A model generated the notes under the pieces. It saw only the letters and a list, made by a program, of their open reading frames with translations. It was not told the origin of the DNA and did no database searches. From the NCBI GenBank assembly GCA_002633005.1, contig NMRA01000538.1, positions 62,001 to 126,000 of the forward strand: DNA of 64,000 nt, given 5' to 3'. The stretch's first letter is position 1; every line of letters starts with the position of its first letter. A program made the translations under genes and the position numbers. Source of the DNA: Phoronis australis (taxonomy: Eukaryota > Animalia > Phoronida). Shown in pieces: positions 1-11,700 of this stretch.

Positions 1-450
1 AGAACAGCAGTCCATGAATAGACATGACGTTCTCAGGTTTCAACTGTGTCGCGAACCAAGCTCAAGTTTGCCAAATGAGGGAACAGCGTCTCTAAATGTA
101 AATTAACAGTTGTACTATTCGCTTTAAAAATATTCTTCTAGTTGATATTGTTCGTGGAGAGTCATAAAAATTCAAGTATTTTGACGAGAAGAGCTTTTCT
201 GGGGCATAGATAGTTCAGGTGGTAGGCTCTTTTACCCGAAGAAGAGAATAATAGTTTCTGCGAGATCAGTGATGATCGCAACCCGTGCAGTGTGACTCAC
301 AAGTTATTACTTGAAGTCAATTCCTGCATGAAATTTCATCTGGCGCAGGTCAAATGAGCTGTTGCCGGTGAATCAGGAGTGTGACAGAAATTATTATGAA
401 TACCAATTTACTTACACATGATTAATACACTGCACCACGTCGTGTTTCAG

Positions 451-713
451 GTGATAGCCTCATATATCATAACGGACGGAAATTCACCACTAAGGATTCT
501 GATAACGACACGTACAGTACCAAAAATTGTGCTGTCAAATCTGTTGGTGCCTGGTGGTACGGTCGTTGTCATCACTCTAACCTGAACGGTCGGTACAACA
601 AAATCATGGGCAGAGAAACCTCCAACTCATGGAAAGGCTTTAAATGTCGCTGGGACTCCCTGAAGAAAACGAGCATGAAGATCAGACCCGCCACGTTCAA
701 CCCCAAACCATAA
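451..713 (+). CDS. Terminal exon of a fibrinogen-related domain (FReD/FBG; ficolin/tenascin/angiopoietin-like) protein; upstream exons not identified in the window
   Basis: Acceptor tttcag at 445-450, then [49 protein letters not shown]...WKGF...[11 protein letters not shown]...* (TAA 711-713). Shows the FReD hallmarks HNG-x-x-FTT-x-D-x-DND, NCA, GAWWY-x-x-C-x-x-SNLNG and MKIRP. Confidence 0.93.
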
Positions 714-1000
714 ACTCGAGCGTACCACATATAGGAGCAGCCGACCGCACATTTATAGCCATGTATTTTTGTATTTGAAAATACAGTCCTTTTTGATTAA
801 GTGGCACAGAACGTGAAAACAGACTAAACTGCATTATTCTAAGCGGTTTGCTGTCACTGAAACACAAGTGAAACTGTTCACCATTTTTACGGTTTGTTAG
901 TAAAGATTCTGATTTGATAGTGATATCAAAGCATTTTCCTTAACTTTCAAATTTCAAAAAAGCAGCTGTCCTGTCAACTACTCGACAGGCTTCGTCGACG

Positions 1001-1475
1001 TTTCTCCTACACGGCAAAGCATGCCTCCATATTTCGTATGTCAAGGCGTAGTAGCACCTTTCCTTTGTAAGAAAAACGTGACATATATATTTGATGTAAA
1101 CAAAACAAAGGTGTTTTCAAGCAGCAGCCACTCCGACCTCTTTGAGATCCTGCCTGCATGTACATGTAAATGTAAATGTGGGCGGAGAATTTGAAAACTG
1201 TATTAGAATAAAAGAATTTATATTTCGTACTGTAAGAACTTTGCAGGCTTGAATCCGATTTTTCTCCTACACGGCAAAGCATGTCTTCTTATTTGGTATG
1301 GCAAGACATAGACGCAGCACCATAACTTGATGTGGAAAACGTGACCTTTGATGTGAACAAAATACATGGAATTTCAAGCACCAGCTAGTTGGACCTCTTG
1401 AGAGCATACCTGCATACATGTATTTGTGAGCGGAGAAATTGAACACTATTAGAATAAAAGGATTTATATTCCGTC
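1001..1475. repeat. Diverged direct duplication with ~260-bp offset
   Basis: tttctcctacacggcaaagcatg starts at both 1001 and 1261; downstream matches continue (gaaaacgtgac, tttgatgt, cctgca, tattagaataaa, atttatatt). This explains the two similar spurious ORFs ending CFAV. Confidence 0.85.
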
Positions 1476-2074
1476 TGTATTTGAAAATAGCATCCCCAAA
1501 AAGTAGATTCGCCAGTCTCTTTAAAGGGTATTTCATTATACGAGTTTTCGTGTTCCACACCTCTTTTAAATGCCGTTTCTTATTAGACCGCCTTTCGTAA
1601 AAAAACAAATACTTGCACTATTCATAGTTATAAAACTAATGCTACATTTTTCTTTAATCAGATTAGCTGTGATTCGTTTGTACTGGAGATGAGATTCAAC
1701 AAGTTAGCTTGCACGAGAAGTAATTTTTATGTGTCGAGCATGGTCTCAAAGAGTACCGGTGTCAGGCCCAGAAATCACTGTGAGGAAGGAGCAAGTTGGC
1801 ATCAATTTTGTATCTGGTAGACTACTCTCATAATCGAAACCATCAGCGACACATGAAAACGATTCAGATTTTATTATGTCGCTGGTAACAAAATGGCGTA
1901 TTGCCCATGCTTAGTTCGCCGCTCACTGGCAACAATTTAAGATCTGATGAGCACGGTATTTTTTAAAATCAAAAGCGCTGCAGTTAGGGTTATGTAGAAC
2001 TTTGTCAATAAGTTTGTGCATTTAGCCAAAATTATTTTCTTAGTGTGAAAAGGACAGTTGACGATGATTTTCCG

Positions 2075-2400
2075 AGACTTCGACTACTGTGACGCCTCCT
2101 AGTGGTAATTTTTTGCCTCCATAGCTGTATCTCCTAAACCCACTGCAGGATCTTTATCAAGTTTAGGTAGTGTATTTACACGAAATTCAGTGACACAACG
2201 ATGAAAACTTTCAAACGGATTCAACGAACGCTGTGCCCCTAGTGGCAATTTTATTTTTCCCCCGTTATCCTCCATTTCTTTGAAGGTCCTTGACGGATTT
2301 CTGTGACTTTGGTATATAACTTTCTATTAAAGAAACAACATGTTGCCGTTTTCGGTTGGATTCAACGTTTTTTGCGATATCTAGTGGTCATTTTTAGCAT
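2075..2400. repeat. Degenerate ~141-bp tandem repeat (about 3 units), each unit with a CTCF-like core
   Basis: ctagtgg recurs at ~2099, ~2239 and ~2381; ggattcaacg recurs at ~2217 and ~2358. Confidence 0.55.
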
Positions 2401-5400
2401 ACAAAATAAACACCCCTAGAAGTACATCGTTTGCATTGCATTCGTGGGCGCATTTCAAATATGGTATTTCAATAAATGACCTTATATCGCCTACATCAAT
2501 CTCCTTTCATCTCTGGTAACGAGCTTGCGACGCACGTATCATTTATCTATTTTTCGGGACATATGTCGATCATAAACATGCCTTGCTCTGCCCGAAAATT
2601 GCAAAGTGACATTACCTCCTTGATACTAACATATCCACGAAGTTTTGTGAACATGGGTCAAAGGACTTGGCAGATATAAATTAAAGCAAACAAGGGAGGG
2701 AGGGAGAGAGGGAGAGGTTGTTTATTGCACTTGGAGCTAAGCTCATTTGTACATATTACATTGCAACATTTGGTATAGGTGGCAATTTCATGCAAACAAG
2801 AACATTCAAATGTGATGCAAGGTGGCACAGCAGCAATTGGATCCATATGAAAATCGCTTTTAGCTGGCATCAATTTCAAGTAAATCCCATACGAGATTTA
2901 GCAGATACAGCAGTGAGGTCAGACAAATGCCGGACAGAGATGAAGGTAACATGCGCTCACATACATGTGAATAATTACGTGAGTACATAACAACTATTTT
3001 CAGAGATTTCTTCTTTTATTTTTGGTGTGACAAAGAAACAACGCAAGTATTGGGTTATGTCTTTTCATAACAATGGCATACGACACCAGCAAGCCTGGAT
3101 GCCATGCCTCTTCTAAGTGTACGTTTTGTGCACTCTTGAAATGGATGCACAGATGATTTACGTCCCTTAGAACTGTCTTGATGTATGCAGATCCTGATAG
3201 CAACAATTGCAATCCTTCTCAGTCTTGGTAGCCCCGTAACCAGGGGCAAAATGGTGATTTGATATCCAAACATCACAGAAATAACAGCTCAGTCCAGAGA
3301 TGGCGCTTGCAGCTTTGTTGCAGAAAGATGAGAAGGCATGCACAGTTGCCAGATAGGTGATGTGTGTCTTCGACTGCTGAGCCAAACCATCTTTGCGTTA
3401 ACCTAATAAAAAGAGTAATTTGCTTTAAAAATGTAGGAATTGAGAGTGCAGAACCATTGAATAGTAATAAGGAATATTTACTGGTCATTCGGGGGCACTT
3501 TTTTGATCTCTTTTGACTTTGAGGTAGCTTATCACCATTTTAACAAGACATGAGGACAAGTAAACAAAGACTCTAACAGACAGTATATTTGTTCTGAACA
3601 TTAATGGTGTTGAAAACTATTAGGAGGCACTGCTGATCAGAAAGGCGAAAATTGTAAGTTTAGTTGTCATCAATTACGTAACACCAGATGTGTCAGACCC
3701 TCGCCAGGTGCCAGTGCCACTCTGTATATGCAGACCTGTGTGTCACCAAAACTGCATTGGAGTACTGGGAACACCAGATTTGCAGATTTTGTAGTAAATT
3801 TGCAGATTTCCGCGTGCAGACCAAATTTATCCTAATATATAGGGGGGAGGGGGTTAAATTCTTCGCAGTGGACCTTTCACTGACTAAAAAAAATATAAAT
3901 ATAAATATAAAAAAGAGTTTGCTCAACGTTCAGAGCTTTCGCCAAATCTTGCCTCTTTAGTGAACTTTTGGTTTCTCTCAGGACCTTTTTGCCCACTTTG
4001 CCAAATGGGGGACTCATTCTCGCCCCCCCTGGGTACGCGCACGGGTACTTTTTCAACTTATTTGCCTCTCAAACAGTTTCTAAAATACACGTAGTGAACG
4101 GATAACCAATTTCAGAATAATTTAAGTTGTTTTAGTCGTTTAGTTGAGGGACAATGAGCTTAGTGAAAAGATCCTGTTAATCAATAGAAAATGTCCTTAC
4201 TGAACTTAACCATTCACAAATGTTTTGAATTATTATTCATTGCAAGTGTCTGTGAACACGTACCACCGTACTGCATGCGAAAAGACCTTGAGGCTCGACT
4301 CTGGCTCAAGTATTATCGTCAGCTCAACATGCTACGAAGTCAGTGCAGTCACCATGTCCGCAAAAAAAACACACGCTATACAACTTGCAGTATAAATTCC
4401 AAGGTCCCTTGAATAAGACACTGTCATTCTTTGGGATAACGTAGCAAAAACAGATGTTCCCTTCTTTCAGAAGCTATTTTCTTCACAACTCAGAATATGC
4501 GACCATCATGCTTTGCAATTTTGTCAACAGTACGTATTTAGCCGTAAATAGCTGGAATTAGACGAAGTAAGCAATCCACAAATCACAGAAGTCAATGCTT
4601 ATAGGTTAAGCCTGTGACACACATACCGATAGAAGAGGCCTTGCAATTCGCCTATTATCAGGGTATTTCGAGAACGAAACAAAGCAAGTTTTGCGAGTTT
4701 GTAGCTCAACTTTTTGGCTAAAATAATGATTTTACAATATCTTTTTTTCTAACTTTAAAATATTCTTCCTCGTCCGTTTCGACTACAAATCAGTGTATTT
4801 ATTGAGAAACAAGAGAATTAATCTCTTTTAAATTTGCTGAATTTGCGTATTTTAGCCTGGCCGTGTGTACTGGAGGCTTGATTTACGTACGAATCCGCAT
4901 TTTTTGCGTATGGTGCACAGGTCTGTATTTGTACTTTTTGTAACTGTTCCACTTCTTAAACACATCCTTGTAGTTTCGATTTTATTCTTGGAAATGATCA
5001 CAATAGCATGCTTCTTGATGGTCTCCGAAATCCAGTCATTGAAGTCCACTTTTAAATTGGTGTTCCATAAAATCGACATTGCTAATCTTTATGAACACAG
5101 GCTAAGCAATTGGTTAAAAGCCTGTTCTGATTGAATGTGCTCAAGTCATCTTGGTCAAAATTGTTGAAGATCTGATAAACATATGACTTTAGACTGAAAT
5201 TAAACAAACATTTTTCATGAGTCTTCCTGCTCCCCTAAAGTGATAATGGACCAGAAAAACATCAAGATTCCACCTTCTATAGATGTTCTGGGCAAAGGGG
5301 CCTTACCCTAGAAAACCAGCCCATTGTTTCAGTTAACACAGGGTAAACAGACAGGTTCGAGATGTCAGAAAAGAGAATGGATGTGTTTGGTGGACAGGAA

Positions 5401-5452
5401 ACCTGAGTGGCCTCAACAGACTGTGTGATAACGAGATGATAATCATCGGTGG

Positions 5453-5616
5453 ATGGACACTGTAATGCATAGTTCTAATTATTATAAGCATTATGGACAC
5501 TGTAATGCATAGTTCTAACTATTATAAGCATTATGGACACTGTAATGCATAGTTCTAATTATTATAAGCATTATGGACACTGTAATGCATAGTTCTAACT
5601 ATTTTAAGCATTATGG
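5453..5616. repeat. 40-bp minisatellite, ~4 copies, in the predicted 3' UTR of the TPP1/ACD gene
   Basis: Unit atggacactgtaatgcatagttctaa(t/c)tat(t)ataagcatt repeated with exact 40-bp period. Confidence 0.95.
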
Positions 5617-5656
5617 CAAGATTTAGTCAACTCGAAATCACACCTGCCTTTCTCAT

Positions 5657-5767
5657 CTATGTTTGAACACTGGCCCAGTAATGTCTAACTTTAGCCAGTA
5701 GCTCCTCTGGTACAACTTGCATTGTCCTCTTCTCACACTGACTACTGTACTTTGCTTCAAGAAAGTC
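5657..5767 (-). CDS. ACD: TPP1/ACD last coding exon (TIN2-binding-like C-terminus)
   Basis: Acceptor atttgcag, then DFLEAKYSSQCEKRTMQVVPEELLAKVRHYWASVQT*. Confidence 0.8.
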   Translation of the reverse strand, partial: DFLEAKYSSQCEKRTMQVVPEELLAKVRHYWASVQT

Positions 5768-8700
5768 CTGCAAATACAAAAGTATAATCAAACAGGGATT
5801 GTGACAACGCTCAGTTGGTTTATATAGTTTGCTTGCTTACAACGTTTCGTTCTACAAGTGTGAAGCCGATAGTACTGTAAACAGAATGCTTTGGTTACAA
5901 CGAACTTCAGGTTACAACGAATGTTTTCGAAGGGTCCTGGCACAAATTGTCGTAACTTGGTTCCACTGCAATATGAAACTTCAATAAATATACCTACATA
6001 CTATTTACTTTAACTGGTAACTGAACTAACTAGAACGCATTACCTATTAGTCATCATGGATCAGCAATGTTTATACATAGAACTTTCACTCAATGCACTG
6101 AATGTAACAAAACTGCCAATACAATAAATTATTGCAGGTCACACAGCAAAAAATATTTTAAAAATAAACCCGGTTTACTGCCACTAGTAAAACTCCTTAA
6201 ATGAAGTGTTGTTATGGGAACCCAAGACATGAAGATAAAAAAATAATTATGCTTCTTTAAAAGAACCACCAAAGTCAGCTAGGCGCTGTGACAACACCTA
6301 AGGAATTAAAATGCTAATTAAGATTTTATAAAAATCCAATATCACAGGCTGTGATAATTCTATCAAAAACAGATACGTTTTACTGGTTGGATATTGTGCT
6401 CTCGACCATTTCCAACCTTTTCCAGTGTTTTCTGCCTTTATCTTCGATGCTCTGGTGCTTCAAACCTCTGATAATTTTAAAGATACATTTTTACTTTCAA
6501 TCGATTCCCTCAGAGAAATAAATCCTAACGTTTGAAAACCAGTCCATTTGGTTTTTAGGTCCTAAAGTATGTAGAATAGAGATAAATCTGTAGCATATGG
6601 CAGCCCTAAAACATTAAAGCTCGCAAAGGAATGATCCGACCAGACTAAGCGATTTTATCTGAGAAGGGCAAAATCTAACATGGCTGAAGGGCCGAACGCA
6701 CAAACTACACCTATATTCCGGTCAGGATTCAGTAAAAATCTGACTTTTGCATGTGCGACTTATGGAAAGTTTCTGGATTTTTATGACTCACCTTAACACT
6801 ACATAACAAAGTTTCTTCCTCTAGTTTGTCACCAACACTGGATGCCTGTGACAATGCTTGTCCACCTGAAAGTCATGTCAAACCATTGGAGCAAAAACAA
6901 CATAAAAAAATGTCCAAGAGCAACGTAGAACAAGTACTCCACGTTTCAATGGCGTAGGCAATAAAGGTATATATTACATTTTTTGAAGACACTTCTGGTC
7001 AATTTGGCACATTTTCTTACTAATAAAAGGTATTTTAACCACATATTAAGGCACTTACATCCAAAATAACGCTACTCAAGTAAGTTGCATACAGGTGCAT
7101 ACGCCTAATACCGGTGTAAAACATCCTTACACAACTTGTTTTGACAGTGCATTTCCCAAGATCACATTCTGTTAGGCTCATTTATAAAGTTTTAAGTGGC
7201 CAGTAGGAATAATACATGTATCACCTCAATTCATCGACTATAAGCTGCAACTTTAGATGTAAAGTAACTTAATTTTTCATATTCGTACCGGATGAAAAAA
7301 ATTAGTAGATTATTAATTGAACCAGACCTGAATCCTGCAAAACATTTGCTACAAAATGTTAATTAGAAACAGACAGTGTACTCCTCAGAAGGCACAGGTA
7401 CCTTTCCCTTGGGGAGAGTGAGAGCCCTGCCTTATGTGATGCTATGCTTTAAAAACTGCCCAATCACATCGTGTGAATCAGAAGATTACTCCAGTGTGGT
7501 ACATAATTCCTCACTTTTCCAGTCTAGCCTGGACTAAAGTTTGGTGCAGAAAGCCTGAGGAAAAGCTCAATTCTTTAAACTGAATTTTGTACACAACTTG
7601 TTGCTTGAAGAAATAATGTTTAGACAACAAGCATGTTTAAGCATGTAAATACCAATTTATTGACAGCTTTGTGGTGACGAAACAAAATTTCCACCTCACC
7701 TTGCATTAATAAATAGTCTGGAGTATTTGGCATTCTGTTCTCATCTGAACTATTGATCACAGTGCCTCTGCTCTTCCAGCTTTCCTGTGATGGAGAATCA
7801 GAACTGTGCGGCAGTCTGGTAGATTGCTCCTGTGTCAGCCCCCCTTCTGTAGAGTCACTGCTGATCGTGATCACGGTTTGGCAGCTGGGTTCAGAACTAA
7901 ATTTTTGTGCACAGGGAAAAGAGCCAGTTGCTTGAATGTCCGGTGAATGTCTTGCGTCAGAAATCTCAATAACTTCTGTGGGCGAATTCAATTTCTCTTC
8001 CGGTGAAGAAAACAGACTTTCGTCCGACTTCTGCGAAGACTTAAAGTTTACATGGCCTTTACTTGGCAATACTATATCTTTTTGATGGCCACTAATTACG
8101 GAAGACTTCTGGGGCATCTTATGAGGTGTTTTCTCATGGCCTGCTGCTTGTTGAGTACTGTCACCTCCCCACATTCGCTCAAGTCGCCTAAATTCATTCT
8201 GGTCTGCACGTTTTCCCAAAGACTCCCCAATGGAAGCAAGTCGAGCTTCCTCCAGAATGTCGCCACAGCCACCCAGCAGAACACTACTGTTTTGATAATA
8301 GTAAGTATCCTTGGGAATCTAAAAACACACAAGCAAGTCAACAGTGGGAATTTCTGACTGTAACCTCTAGGACATATACCTGAAAATGGTCCATTTTTCA
8401 CATTTCTGGTGCCCGAAAACCAGCCTGGGTATACATTCCGAAAAGTATGGGGCCTATCGATGAAAAATGCATCGCAAAACAATCAAATACATTCATCAAA
8501 CTGACATGATTAATAACAGAAATTTAAATTTTTGACCAATAATTGTAGACACTGTTCAGTTTGTGAAACCTTACAAAAGGTGAGAAATTATTAAAAAATT
8601 GGCCTATGGAAACTCTTTAACTTGCAACAACTGGGCCCTAGACATGATTTAGGACCACAGTCAGGAACTCATGAATCTTAACCCTTTACATTTAACCCAA

Positions 8701-11700
8701 GACCACACGGAAACTACACTGTCTACTTCAGACAACAGAGAACGTTTACTATAGTTGTTCCGAAAATGTAACATTTGGACTTAAATGATAATAACTTACG
8801 GGTGACAGATTTAACTGAATTGGGTTGACCTGCGACATGCTTTGAGTGGATTGCCTTGGCTGGTACTGTGTTTGTCGTTCAGCTTGGTGTCTGATGTCTC
8901 TCAGGGTAGACTCACTGTTAGGGTTCGACATTAAGTTGGTATCGTTGCCGGGGCGACCCATCTCTGTCAACAACTGGCTGTACGTGTCTTGTGTCGACTG
9001 CCCAGGCAAAGCGCATTGGAATGTGAATCAATACATCAATGGAGCAAAAGCTTCGATTTGAAATTAAGTTCCGAACTATTTGTACGTTAAATTAGGAAAA
9101 TACAAGTTGAACTTAATTACACTAGAACATGAAACAAACATTCAATAGCGATTTATTTTTACATCTAATTGACTTGTAAATTACTATGGCATCTTAAATG
9201 TAAATCAGAATTCCAGGGAACAAATTCAGAGCTTGCCAATTAAACATTTCATAAATATCACATTGTTAATTTTGTAAATGTCACCAACGGTCAAAGAAAC
9301 ATACTATGAAAGGTCCGACAGCTTGGTCAAGACTATGACAATATTCAGCTTACTACAGACACACTATGATAAAAAAACGGGTCACGTAATTGTACTTTAA
9401 ACAACCCGTAACTAGCTACTACAATTGGCAATATTGACCTCCTGTTGTGGAGAAACGACACGGCTTTCCTCAGATTCTAGGTGAAAAGAAGCCAATTCAT
9501 CGCTGACATTGTTTGCTGTCATTTTAGGCTGAAAAAGAAACTAGCAAGATGTAGATAAGTAAAGATGAGACGAGTCATACCCCTTCATACTAACCTGGGT
9601 AAACGTAAACAAGTTCTTTAGTTTGAGTTCATTCATCGAGTCACAAGAATTTCTAGCATCTCGTTAAAATGGGCAAGGAACTTTTTAAAATATGCTTCGA
9701 CTCACTACTCACAACATACAGTAAACGGAAAAATTATAGCTGATAACGCTACCAATGAAATTTTCCTAGCTGCAAAAGCAAATGCTTTAAAAAAATAATC
9801 GAGACATGGAAGAGTTGCTCATTCCTCTATAAAAGTAAATGACACTCATGTGCACTGCCCAATGCCTGAAATGAACGTTTAATGAGTAATCTGGTTCATA
9901 ATTTGTGTTTTTGTAAGAGCATCATGCAAAGTGGTTGTATCGCTATTTCCAGCAATGACACTCATAGGCTATAATCCATTCATGCGGTGTGGCTGATTAA
10001 GGTTATGTTGGTCCCTACAAAAATGTCTAAAATTTGGCTTAATTCGGAACATCATACCTCAAACGTGGCTGATAGAATTCATATGAAACTTTCAGATAGT
10101 ATCCTTTTTTAACTGTTCTCCAAATTACTGCTAAGAATTTTAGAAATGTTTCATTTTTGCACAAGGGGCTATAAAAATAGGACTTTTACCAAGTTCATGA
10201 AAAAATAGAAAACTGTAACAACGTTTTTGAGATCTTACCTTGAAAATCGATATCAATTAAAACTTAATCATCATTGTTTTCCTATTAACGTACCTTTCGT
10301 TTTTGTTAAAATTTACTAAAAAGACATCGTCACACGAACCAATTAGTAACAGATTGGAAAAAAGGTAACAATCGGAATTCGACGTGGTTTCTTATTTTCA
10401 AAAAATATATACCTCTACAGAGTTAAAATGTAGTCTTGTAGACATTTGACTAAATACACACACCTGTCAATAACGAGGTACAGAACCTTAAGAAGCATGA
10501 GTTACATGAGGCTATATAAGTGGAACTAAATAGTCAACTGGTGAGATGACATGGTAAGAGCTTCAGGAGTTTCATACATTCAGGAATTTTTACCATCCCC
10601 AGCACGTGTGCTGGCTCCTCAGGATTTTTTATCACAACGAAACTGTTTTAAAGGAAATGTACCATGATTAAGTCAGTCTGAAGCAGTTCAGCGTACTTGA
10701 GTATGGATGAGTACATGTTTCACTGAGTCAGCAGTGTTAGATTAAAAATGCATTTGCATGCTCCTAACAATGCTAATGTATTGCAGGAACTAAACGACTA
10801 TGCTATTTTAGCATAATCTAAGCTAAACAAAGTGCAGTTGCATTCATTGACAACTTGTGAATGTAAAAACTAAAAAAATATCCTAATAGGTGACCCTTGC
10901 AGTAATGACGTACCTTGGGGGCCCAATCAACCCGCATCAAGCAGTGTTATTCCCCCAACACCACAACATGATACTTACTGGACACGGTTCAGTGATTTAC
11001 AGCCGATTATTTTTGGCATAAAACTCCTTCTTAAGAACATTAGACAATTTGCAACGCACTTCATATTCACATCATTACTATATGTTGTGTTCTAACTAAT
11101 TTCACCAAGCAATCACAGAGATACATAACTGGCATGCAAGTTCCAATTTAAACATACTAATATTTTGTCACCACAGCTTTGTGAATGACGTTAGCTCCGC
11201 CTGAGCATTGTGCTATGAGTTCTGTGAATACTAATTTGTTCGTGAATGACAGAGTGCACTCAGGTCGCTGAGACTGAGTCCGGGTTATACCGCATGTTCA
11301 GGCACTCTTGCGAATATTGTCACAATGGTCAGATGTGTTCTAGTCACTGTGCGAGTCTCAAGACATCATTAAGGTAACATTTACTGTCATTTGGTCGCAA
11401 TTTGCCTTTAATGCGTTCCACTTTGCAAATTACGTGTCCGTGAACTGTTACTGAATATTTTGCATCTTCCAGTACCACGGACGGACAGACAGACAGACAT
11501 CTCAATTGTAATGCGTTGCGAAATAAAGCTCCAAAATGTCCCGTGCAACTTGTTGTTTGACTCGCATGCAGATACAAGTTTAGTAGAGTACAAGTGAGAA
11601 ATTACTGTTTTGACACTTACGATATCTTGCTCTTTCTCTTTTGTACTCTGTTTGGCACCATTATGTTTGCTAACCTCACCACTGGCAAGCCTTTTTCGCA

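Noticed and set aside
1007-1608. Two similar ORFs ending CFAV, suggesting a small gene family
   Set aside because: Explained by a non-coding 260-bp duplication; no recognisable domain and non-ATG starts.
5453-5616. CRISPR-like regular repeat
   Set aside because: No unique spacers, no cas genes, eukaryotic context; it is a plain minisatellite.
9595-11577. Extra candidate TPP1 exons (9652-9595, ~11030-10979, ORF 11344..11577) and read-through of ORF 11408..12073
   Set aside because: Phases could not be chained; the direct 11621-to-9528 splice is already in frame. Alternative splicing cannot be excluded without RNA data.
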